A stretch of DNA of 63,461 nt, filler included, from Perkinsus chesapeaki ATCC PRA-425 (taxonomy: Eukaryota; Protista; Perkinsozoa): NCBI GenBank assembly GCA_013115145.1. It is 15 parts of 15 records of this genome, joined end to end, with 100 filler letters (N's around TTAATTAATTAA, not from the genome) between each part and the next. Parts side by side here need not be neighbours in the genome. Positions count along the whole stretch, not along the records: positions 21,198 to 35,095 come from JAAPAO010000772.1; positions 35,196 to 52,243 come from JAAPAO010000691.1; 13 more parts are not named here. The stretch is one strand, 5' to 3'. The position numbers were made by a program, and so were the translations under genes. Within the stretch, counting starts at the first letter, position 1; each line of letters begins with the position of its first letter. Positions 25,530 to 36,185 of the stretch are shown one piece after another. The notes beneath the pieces are model-generated. The model was given only the letters and a program-made list of their open reading frames with translations, had not been told where the DNA came from and ran no database searches.

Positions 25530-26724
25530 TCACGTATCATGCATGCATCGACATACAGATGTGGGCTTGCTGCATTCAGTGCAGCATAAGGAGGACAAGT
25601 CAATTACAGCCTGTGGCCTTTCTGGGCACCTTCGAGACAGTCCCTCAAATGCCCGCTGTGGGGGAGAGCGGTAATAATATGAAGGCACCCTAGTAAGGAA
25701 CTGAATCAACCGATTAAGAATCTTTCCAATATACCTCATTACATTCAGGATATTATTGAATGGTTGCGGGACCTCAGGCGGCTGCAGCGTCTGTGAGTAC
25801 GCCTCGGCGACCCCCTGCGGCAAATACACCGCCTCACTTTCCTCGTGTACTTCACTACTGCTGCTAGATGAAGACGAAGAGGAAGAGGATGACGATATAG
25901 ATGATGAGTCATTTGTAATGCTACCACCAGAGGTTTCACTGGCAGAACTACTGTCATCTGGCGAATGACTCGGTGACCTGTCTGACCTTCGAAGATCTCA
26001 AAATATTCCAGCGTTACCCCAAGGAGGCCACCTCCGAGCCCGAATGTTCCTCCTCCTCCTCTTCCTTGGCTGATTCCCCTTTGGCGGCTCCCTTGGCTTT
26101 GCGTCGTCCCTTACTAAGCGTGTTGCGTCTAACAAGTGTGCAATTGTCAGTTTTTACGATTTCTTCTTGTCCTTTTTGGCCTTCTCTTTTTTCCTTTCTT
26201 TATCTTCTTTACGCTTCCTCTTTTTCTCCTCCTTAAGCGCGCCAAACCTCCTCCTTCTCCCCGGGTCAAGAGCCGGATGCCGGTGCCGACTCCGAGGTCT
26301 CAACTTCAAAGGAAGATGTCCAAGGGCCTCTTTTGGGCAGGTGGGGACAGCCGACACAACCCGGATATCTATAGGTCAACTTGAACACCCCTGTCCTTCA
26401 CGTGGACTACTCGCTGCGGTTTCATCTCCCGAGCTCGAGCCCTCCTCAGTTCGATGCCGACCCCCGAAGGTCTGAAATCCTCCCTCCAGGGGTTCAATCT
26501 TATTGCGACGCAGTGGAGGCAAATCTGATCTCGAAAAGATATTTCGAGGTTAACTTGGCTGACGACTCACCATAAAGATTCCCATACATTTGCTTTCTTA
26601 TCATCCTATCTTCCTTCTTTAATTGTTCAGCAGTTGGAGGGACGTTGCTGTCCAAAAAAAGGTCCACTTCAGGCAGCTTGGGTTTACTCGGAGCTGCCAG
26701 CTTCGGAGGGGCCGCAACAAGCAT
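25530..26724 (-). CDS. Hypothetical Lys-rich and Ser-rich protein, multi-exon
   Basis: ATG at 26724, exons encoding KEEKKRKRKEDKERKKEKAKKDKKK and a poly-Ser tract, with GT-AG boundaries visible. Confidence 0.45.
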
Positions 26725-26975
26725 TCCTTTGCCACCTCGTCCACGACTAAGGCGAATCTTTGAGCTTCAAGAATTATTTTATTTTTTACCCTTTCCCTAG
26801 TATGCCTTTCCCCTTCCCTATCGGAGGTATCCCCTTCCCTCCTTTCCCCCGTCCTTTACTGTTCATCGTTTGACCTTCTTAACCAAAGAGAAAGATGCGC
26901 AATGTAAATCTCGCTACGCCATTCTAATCGATTTCAAACTTGCCAGGATCTTGCGCTTGCCTATCTCATAGCATT

Positions 26976-29900
26976 ATGAGTGCACCAGGCGGCAAAGGTA
27001 CATCCAATACAAGCAACATAGGGCAGGATGTCCAGCGCGAGGACATTACCATCGAGTTGCCTCCCCATCATCCACTTTACCCGGGGACGGATCTCGCCGA
27101 TATGTCCCCGTTAAGACACTCCTTATCGAGGCCAGAAAGGAGGCAATCTGTAATGAGGGATCTTTCCAAATGGTCGTTGTTGGGACATGGTATCTTTTAG
27201 TCGATCAATGTGCTTGGCTTCGACCTCTATGATGCTGTTGAGGTCGAACAGAAGGGGTGGCGCGGCGCCAAGGAATGGGTTCCCGGGACGATTGTCCAAG
27301 TGAATGCTCATAACAATACGTTTGACGTTAAGGTAGCTTGGATTGAGCTTTTATAAAGAGTCTCAATGGGAATGATAGGTATTGAAGCCGAACCAAGAGG
27401 GGGAGGTATTGGAGAACGTTAATCCTTTGAAACTAAGGCGAATTGCAGAGTCCAGACATCCACATCAGCAGAAGGCGGAGGACAGCCCTCAATGTAGTCG
27501 AGATTAGGCGGAAATACGGTAGAATTATCTAACTCAGTGGGGCCTGTTCCGGGAGATTCTCCTACTCATGGTGGACAAGACTTTTTGAAGCAGCGTCATT
27601 TGGGGGCGGCCGATGCCTGTGAAATCATGGACGAGTTTAACTTCCAAATGCAGGCTAGCTTGTTCACTTCCAAAGTAATAGCTGCAGTCGAGCCGACCTC
27701 AAAAATATCTTTGTCGAATAGGTTCTGAAACAGTTGGATTCTGTCCCTGAAGCTGACCTTATGGCTGTATCCCCTTGCGTCAAGTCATTAGCCCATGCCA
27801 GAGGTAATACAGTGGTAAAGGCGCTGTGTAAATGGGGCGAGAATAACCTAATATGAAAGAAGACAAGCGGCTTACCATCCTTCTCGTCGCTACTTCATAG
27901 ATTGGTGCTTAGATCGAACTAGGAGTCGTGTTGAAAGCGGCGAGGGCCCGCTGCTGGATCGATTCTTCTTTCAATGTGACACGGATGAAGCAGCAGGCCA
28001 AGCCTCGGGGTTCCCGACTAGCGCTCAAGTGAGTTAAACGGGGGCATCACTGGGGATCGAACCGGGGACCTTTAGGTGATGAAAATGCTAGAAAGCATTA
28101 CTGACTTCCACGCCAATTGTCCTTTTACAAACTCGGGTGGAGTTGCCGATGTGGCGATGGGCACCAACTGTATCGTGGCGGACCGTCACTGTGAGGAGGT
28201 AATGCGGGGTTGGGGTCTGTTTCTTCCTTATGGTGGTCTCCGGAGAACTCCGTATACGAGGCTGGGAGCTGCAAAGCTCAAGTTGGCTTGGCGTGAGGTT
28301 TCGCCCGAACTTCCCTTGTGTCGTCGTCCATATATATAATCCGTCATTTATCTATATTCGGACTTGGCTGTCAGATTTGCAGCCCAGAAGCGATGGTTCG
28401 ACTCTTGGACAAAATGTACGAGTTGCTCGAAATGGAGGCGCCGGTAAGACCATGGTCGTTCATAGGGTTGACCCGGGTTCGAATCCCCGTTGGTGCATTT
28501 CAGACCGCCCTCATATCGGTGACGGTTCCAGCAGATGGACGTCTAGTGGTAGTGGGGGATACACATGGGCAGCTGGAAGATGTCCTGTGGATGCTATTCA
28601 AGCATGGTGTACCTAATAAGAATAATGTGTAATAAAATACCCTCGCCAGGGATCGAACTCGCCTGCTATGGGTAGGTATCTTTTCAACGGGGATATCGCC
28701 GATCGAGGCGGACATGCATTGGAGATATTCATTCTATTGTTCTTGTTCAAGCTACTGTGCCCGCAGAGCGTAAGCAGCCGTTTCGGCATCGAAAGGTCCC
28801 CGGTTCGATCCTCGGTGACGGTATTCAGGTATATATTCTGAGAGGGAATCATGAGGATGACTATTGCAATTTAAACTACGGCTTTCTGGCCGAACTGAGA
28901 CATAAATTTGGTCAAGTTGAAGGTGGACGAATGCATAGAGATTTCCTCAGGGTAGTACAGAGGCATATCACGACTCGCAATTTCCTATATTTCGCCTTTA
29001 CGCATAAGCGATGATGATACGTAATCATACAATAATCGTTCTTACGTCATATTGTCGACCTTCTTCGTATCTTTCACGCATCATATCTTCGACCTCCTTT
29101 GTATCTTTCACGCATTGTATCTTTGACCTCTTTTGTATCTTTCACGCATCATATCTTTGACCTCCTTTGTATCTTTCACGCATCATATCTTTGACCTCTT
29201 TTGTATCTTTCACGCATCGTATCTTTGACCTCTTTTGTATCTTTCACGCATCGTATCTTTGAGCTCCTCCTCCTTCTCTTTTCCCAGGTATTCTATTCCC
29301 TACCATTATCATGTATTATTGATTCTTGGGATGGCTACTACAGATGCCAACAAACCCACATGTTGGTTCAACTCAAAGTCGGCTCCTCAGCCGTATCCGT
29401 CACCGACCTCCCCGGACAGCACAGGCGTGTGGTAGCACTGAATCCAAACTTGCCACTGTCGTGTCTGACACTGAGCGTTAGATACCAGTAATGCTGCGGG
29501 AATGTACTAACGAGGATACTTCAGACAGCAGCTCCGGAGATGAGGATAATATTAATGCGGAAAATGGATGGTATCAGGTAAGCGGTCTCCTCTTAGCGGA
29601 GCGAAGCGATTCATATTGTCATTTTTCCTGACTGCTGCCTCTGTTCAGGGTGGAGTATCTGAAGAGCGTTTAGTGTTCGTCAAGCGTGTAGGTGTCCGAG
29701 GGTTGAATGAGAATGGCGAAACTGAGGTGGGTGTTCCCTTTTCTTTAGGTGGTTGATGGTTACGGTTTTCAGATTAAATGGTCATCTGGAGATATTTGGA
29801 CGTACGTATCACCTAGGCTCATAGTGTTGCATGGAGGCTTGCCAATGCATCCCGCATCAGGATCGCCAATCAGCTCTCAGAGGCCAAGTGGGGCATTTGC

Positions 29901-32900
29901 TTCATTATTCTCGTAAGATAAATAGTGGAACGGTTAACATTGTCTGTTAGTAATCTTTTGACCCGGGTTCTATCCCTGGTCGGGTTATATTATTATTTTT
30001 AGGGGTGCCTCAGCAATGGGCCCTCAATCAGTGAGCAGCCAAGGAGACGACGGCAGGAAATGCGTCCTGCTAAAGTACTTCCACCAGCTCCCGAACAGGA
30101 TGCGAATTCCAAGCTCGCCCCAGGGTGTCTTTGAGCAGTGGATGTATCAGATCCTCTGGAGTGATCCGAGGTAGTAGAGATCAGAGGGAGGATGGGGAGG
30201 GGTGTTGAATTGGTGGCTTAGGGAGGTTGGAGATACAAAGGGGAGAGGCACACCGTTCTATCCGGACGATACGGAGCTATTCTGTGAAAGAAATAACATT
30301 CAGACGGTGATCAGGTAGTCTAGTGGTAGAGCGTCTGACTGTATACCTTATGTCCCGGGTTCGAATCCTCGTAGGAGCCATCAGCTTCCGGCTATGCAAC
30401 GAGGATTCTCATTCCATCATAAGCATAAACTTATTACTATCTTCTCGGCAAGTAACTACTGCGGGACATCTCAGAACTATGGAGGTAATAATAATAGGAG
30501 ACAGCGGATTGTGACACTGTTGGGATATATGATGTCATTCCACATACATTAGCGAGGGAGAAAAACTTTATGGAATTTTACAGAATTTTGTGGAATTTTG
30601 CAGAATTTTCTGGAATTTTACAGAATTTTCTGGAATTTTACAGAATTTTGTGGAATTTTACAGAATTTTACAGAATTTTCTGGAATTTGACAGAATTTTG
30701 TGGAATTTTACAGAATTTTTGCAGATTTTTGCTGCCCCCGGTATTAAGGAGTGCATTCTCTATAATTATTCGGAGAGGGAGTTTTACACCTACTCTAATG
30801 AATGCCAGCAGATAGCTTTGCGATCTCTCGGCTAAGATTCTCCCGGAGCAGTTGTTTGCGCTGCTGCAGGTCTGCTGATATTCACTACTGAGTTGTTCCC
30901 TGAGATTCAGTACTCCCGGAATCTCTTTGAGCACTGGAGTCCGCCTCTGTCGGTCATTCAAGACGTTTACTCCAAGGTAAGCTGGAAGCGATGCTTTCGA
31001 GGTGATGATGATGCTGTTATTAGCATAAAAATGCGACTCAAGATGTGCGGCAGTACATCGCTCGGGAGACTGAGTCGGCCAGGATGCCGACGGACATGAA
31101 CAGCAGCTCCAAGTGGCTTTACATTGAGCAGAAGGTGTCGGAGTATGCTATGTCGCTCATAGTGCAGAATAAGAGGCATCTTTGGACAAACTTATGGACC
31201 AGAGATGAGGATAAGAATATGAGGGTTGATCTGGCGGACTGGGAAGATGTGAGAGGGGAAAGAGATAGCGGCGAGAGCAGTATAGGCACACTGGGGGAGG
31301 GGATCCATGGAACAGGACAGCTCCCCTGTTGCAGGCGGAGCTTGCGGGAAATGAGGCATTCGTGCTGTCGTATGCGTGCCTTTTTCAACTTGGTTTCTTT
31401 CACTTAGGCATGCGCTCAAGTGGTGGGGCATCAGTTCCCATGGAGAACACTGTTCGTGCAGTTGGATATAGAAGAGGAAGATGATGGTACGGTAGACTAC
31501 CTGGAGTTCCTTAATAGATTCAGAGCCAGTTTGAAGGATGATAGCGGTAACAGTGAAATTAATATCTCGTAATTGCTCGACGCTCTCTCTGTTACAGGCC
31601 CGTTCGACTCCTGGCTGGCCTCGGTGGTTCTAGGATTCTTCATGGACATCCTTAATGCTGATATGGCTATCCAGCAGGACCTCCTCACTGGGTACGAAAT
31701 CCTAGCATTAAGCTAAGATATTCATGGCCATTCAGAGAACCAGGCGAAAATCTTATAAGCTACGAGCAGTTCGAACGCTCCTTGCGGGACAACTGTCCCG
31801 ATTTAACCATTACTCATGTAAGGTGGTGGTGCATCGCTCCGCTAAGTAATAACATATTTTTATCAGATTCAGCTGGCTTGGCAAGCTTTGATCGAATGCT
31901 CTACTCCCGAGCGTCGTCGATCTGGTCTGGTTGATGCCCGCCAGTTCGTGTGTGCGTGCGGGGAGTTCTACCGAGCTCGCTGGGTGAGCCTGTTTTTCTG
32001 ACTGCCCGGGCACGGTTTGATTGGTACGGTTATTCAGGACTTACACGACCCTGTCTTTTCGACTTCGCAAAATTTACCGTCGGCGAGTGAGGAGGAAATG
32101 TTGGAGAAGATCATGGATTTCTTGCCGAGATTGAGAGACTCCATCGAACAGAAATACGACAACGACACTCAGGTTAGAGGTCAATTCTAGCGCGCCCAGG
32201 AAGGCGGATAAACATTGCCGCGGTCACTCCGAGTTGCTTCTACGGCATTCGCTGTTCAGTGGTGTGTTTTCAGCGCTTCTTCGAGGACAGGATAGAAAGC
32301 CGATCTCAGAACAAAATCCCGGGTGCTGTGTCCAATGAAGGTGAACCATCATCCGTATTTTCGGCTTTGTCTGTTATTTCGTTCCATCAGACTTCGTTAA
32401 CGCATTGATTGCCGAGCTCCCCTCGCTCGGCATCACTGAACTCCCGTCACGTAACTTCCTGGAGCTCACGGCACGCATGATGGAGTCAAGCAGTTCAACC
32501 AGTACCGGTCGTCCTGCCGGTCGAGGAGCTCGGCTGGTTAGCTCCACGAACAGCGGTTACGTATCTCTGTTCCGCTTCATGGCCACGCTTCATGTTGATG
32601 GGACATCAGCTGGTCGAGTGATGGCGCAAAAGATCACCGAGCATAGTTGCGCGTCGACTTACTTCCACCGCAACGCTTTCAAGTGCGCCTGTGCGAGGCT
32701 GGACCCGCAAAACTGCGGGGAAATATCCAAGAGGAATTTCCGAAGGGCTTTCATGGCTCTGAATCAAGCGTTGGATCCGGAATGGAGACTGACCAAGTAG
32801 GAAAGGATGCTCGGTGAGGAAGATATTTCCTATCAGGTTGCAGATAGATGCTGCTCTGGATCATTTCGATTGGGTGGTTGATGCTGATGAAGACTACACC

Positions 32901-33303
32901 GATGGTAAGTGACGCTCTCCGCGAGAGGTTGCTCATTTTCATTATTAGCGTCGTCTTCGGACCAAGACATGAAGTCGGTGGATGAAGAGCCGAGTGGGGC
33001 TGGCGGCGGGGCGAGGAGGCCAACTCTAGGAGCACTTTCGGCCTCTAATACGAACAGTGCGTTGGAAATGTTGCGAGGTACAGTCCAGCAACTGTAGCGC
33101 ACATCAATGCAGCGGTTTATCGCTCAGAACGTTCGAGAACGCGTTCTTCGGCACGGTTGATGCTACCGCCTGGGGCTAGCTCACCCGCTCCAATGATCCT
33201 TGATCATCCCCAACCAGAACAAATTGACCAAAAAATGTGGATAAATTACGATCAGTTCTTGAGGTCCTTTGAAATTGCTGATTGGAGGAAGAACAGCAGG
33301 TAG
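26976..33303 (+). CDS. PPEF/rdgC/PP7-like Ser/Thr protein phosphatase with C-terminal EF-hands and many introns
   Basis: PPP motifs [35 protein letters not shown] and [12 protein letters not shown]-hand-like [23 protein letters not shown] and INYDQFL. Splicing restores the frame at each catalytic exon. Confidence 0.9.
28029..28075 (-). other. 47-nt intron carrying an antisense tRNA(Phe)-like 3' half
   Basis: GTGAGT..TTTAG, phase 0 (SAQ/VMK). Reverse complement: CTAAAGGTCCCCGGTTCGATCCCCAGTGATGCC. Confidence 0.8.
28444..28503 (+). other. 60-nt intron carrying a sense tRNA(Gly)-like 3' half
   Basis: GTAAGA..TTTCAG, joins EAP/TAL in frame, and contains GACCCGGGTTCGAATCCCCGTTGGTGCA followed by TTT. 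Confidence 0.85.
28629..28675 (-). other. 47-nt intron carrying an antisense, degenerate tRNA 3' half
   Basis: GTAATA..GGTAG, joins NNV/YLFNGD. Reverse complement: GCAGGCGAG TTCGATC CCTGG CGAGGGT A TTTT. Confidence 0.72.
28770..28828 (+). other. 59-nt intron carrying a sense tRNA variable loop, T arm and acceptor strand
   Basis: GTAAGC..TTCAG, joins [12 protein letters not shown], and contains GAAAGGTCCCCGGTTCGATCCTCGGTGACGGTA. Confidence 0.85.
29067..29264. repeat. Intronic minisatellite, 34-bp unit, about 6 copies
   Basis: GTATCTTTCACGCATCRTATCTTTGACCTCYTTT units start at 29067, 29101, 29135, 29169, 29203 and 29237. Confidence 0.95.
29913..30002 (+). other. 90-nt intron carrying a sense tRNA-like T arm and acceptor strand
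   Basis: Phase-2 GTAAGA..TTTTAG. Contains GAC CCGGG TTCTATC CCTGG TCGGGTT A, with a fully pairing T stem. Confidence 0.7.
30315..30374 (+). pseudogene. 60-nt intron that is essentially a tRNA core (about positions 7-67, with A box and B box)
   Basis: GTAGTCTAGTGGTAGAGCGTCTGACTGTATACCTTATGTCCCGGGTTCGAATCCTCGTAG. Removing it restores VIR/SHQ. The anticodon stem does not pair, so it is not a functional tRNA. Confidence 0.85.
30571..30722. repeat. Intronic minisatellite with a 10-bp base unit (RGAATTTTNN)
   Basis: About 15 degenerate copies of GGAATTTTAC/AGAATTTTGT-type units. Confidence 0.9.
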
Positions 33304-36185
33304 GCCTTGCCATTGACAAATATGATTATCCCTCAGCTGCTGTTTCAGGGCTGGTTCGTTTGGCTGGCATCTGCTGCGCAACAGCATGTTGAGATTTTAA
33401 CGATTTACATTGAGTGATGATATCATCAGTGTCTGTCGCACTAGTAGTAGCTGTCCTTTACCGACATTAGTGATGTGGATGGTGATTGGTGACATCTTAT
33501 CGAACAACCACAGTCTCATTTATTTACTAGTCATTTGGTTCGTAGTGTTAATGGTGAAGTAGAGGAGCAAGATAACTGGGAGACATATTTCTAACAATAG
33601 GCCAAGGGAAGGGAAGGCCAAGTATATGACATAATCGTTATTAATCGATCGCACCGAGTACATTTGTATGTTCCTAAAGTCGTAAAGAACATCTTTTCCG
33701 TCCAGAATGGATAAATATAAAGCAAGCTCCAGCGGAATGAGCTTCCTTACCGTTAGTTATCATTCAACCAGGATCTTCATTCTCCAGGGTGTGTTAATTA
33801 ATACGAACTAGCATGCTTGCCTGTTCCAACCGTGTTATTTGGTTATCTGTCAACATCACACTCTTCATCATTACTGAACCACAATTGAATTGAGATATCA
33901 CTGATGGGCTGCAGCGGCAGCCATCGATATTATCGATCGTTTATATCACTCGAATGATGCAGTGCGGGTCGTGAAATGACTTGGTCGATTATAAATGTGT
34001 CTGTCTCTAAATAGTTTTAGTACCGCTTGAAGTCCACTTGTCCCCGCCTTTGCTACTAGCAAATTGCTAGTCGGCATGTCCCTATTGTAATGAATCTACT
34101 TGATCAGAAAAAAATCAACGTAACTCAACATCAAAGATGAGGAGCCAAATCTCTCGGCGTGGAAGTTAGCGGTAGATGGTGACACCGCTTCAACCTCCGA
34201 GCACTGGATGAGACGAGTGGTGGAAGTTACCGGATTACGCATCGCTTCCTCGTTGTGTGCAAAGACGCTGCAACGTTTACCTATATCAAGATATAGGTTC
34301 GGCTTCCGTCTCGGTACATACCACGCTCAGCGAAGTGATCCACACGCTGGTCAAATACGAATGATGGGACCCCTGCACAAAAGCCCAGCAACAACAGGAA
34401 GAATGATTGATGAATATCCATAATATTCACACTCAGGTGTAATGCTAGGAGTTATTGTGTCTTTCACAGCCCGAACGGCCAACACAACAAAAGCATCAGA
34501 CCAGATGATACAGGAAGGTTCTTCGGAAGAGTACCTTACGTTAAATAAACCATCAACTAGCACATACTTGCACTCAAGAGCGCACCGAATCTTCTCGGCT
34601 CTGACCACTGCACTGCAGTGACCGGAACCCAATTCTTCCTCTCAATGAGTTGAGAATTATTCTAAGAAGAGAAGCAGAAATGTAGTAATAATATTGATAA
34701 TGGCGGACCGAACCTCAACCTTGAATGACTACCAGGTAGATGGCCATCATAGGGAGTGGGTTAGGGGCCGTTGATTTATCCGCCATATCACTATGGCGCG
34801 TGACCTGCCTATGCGTGATCCATGTCTATGAGAAGTGCACGTGAAACAACGGGCAACGTGTATTACATTAGGGGACGTGACAGGTACGTTCGGCTATGAA
34901 CCTCCGTCATACCACTCTTTCATCGTGTTTCGCGCTCTCTCTTCTGGAAGAGGTCTGCTACTGACCGGTAACTTGAAATTAGTTAGGGACATGATAGACT
35001 CCAGCGGAGCGCTACCGGACATTGTAAAGGAGTAGACAATATGTATCTGTTGGAGTATTTATTGGCGTAGGCTAGATCATTCTATGTGCACTAGTNNNNN
35101 NNNNNNNNNNNNNNNNNNNNNNNNNNNNNNNNNNNNNNNTTAATTAATTAANNNNNNNNNNNNNNNNNNNNNNNNNNNNNNNNNNNNNNNNNNNNCCAAA
35201 GAATATCGATGAACATTCGCTGAGGCAGATGCTGACAGGACGTGGGTTGATGGAGGAGATGACTGTGTAGACGGCAGAGAAGGCGGCGATGCTGCGAATG
35301 CTAAGCATTTAGACTTGATGCTGGCAAAGCTAACAAACATCACATTAACGAGCTAATGACCGAAGTAGTACATCTTTTAATATGGAGTATATCACCAGAT
35401 TCGGGCCCCGGCCGAAACGGCTGTCGGTTTCTTTCAGGAGTATCTTTACGCTCGCGTGCCATTTAGAATGTCGACCGTCATGCACAAAGGGGCGGCTCGA
35501 AATGTTGGATAGACGGAGCGGATCCGTCGGAGCTAGACGGCCAAGTTACCGGCCGCAGCCCTAAAACGGAGAGCATGATCTTGTATATCACCAACTTCGT
35601 GACACTAAGTGATCAAATCTTGTTGCTCGTTATTAGGAATTGTTGCTTGGCAAGAAGTTTAAACCCAGGTTTTAAACCTGGTACCTGCTCATGTGACGTC
35701 TGCTGCCGACGAATAATTCGTCCTCATCGTCCTCATGGGCCCATATTCGAGCCTCGAATGTCGAGAAAACCACATGATTCAATTTGGTGATTCTCAGAGG
35801 TGGGTGTCAGGATTGAGCCTGGGTCGTCTTACTGTGTAGTGTAGAGTCTACATTGCAGACTGCGAGCTCAAGCCCAAGATAAACCGCAAAAGCAGTAGCT
35901 GAACATTTCGGACCGAAATTTTCGGTTACCGAAATGTAAGCTGCCGTAGCTAGCTTACAGTCGTCAATTCGAATGTTTTTTTCTCAGAAACCCGAGAAAG
36001 TCAATGAGCTTACAAGGCAAATGACGCTCGCTGAGGCGTTTGTTTGAATAACCTAGTTAATTCTTGATGCATGACGATACGTTCATTACTTCGGGTGTCG
36101 CCTGATTACAGTAATCAGATTACTAGGGTTTCGTGGCTCGGCTTTATTGCCACTAGAGAGGGAATTGTGTTATTCTAGTTATTCT

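Noticed and set aside
27333-27537. Introns starting GTAGCT and GTAGTCG resemble tRNA 5' halves
   Set aside because: The similarity is too short and overlaps the ordinary donor consensus. A covariance search is needed.
30570-30835. ORFs with repetitive EFYRILWNF translation
   Set aside because: They arise from the stop-free intronic minisatellite.
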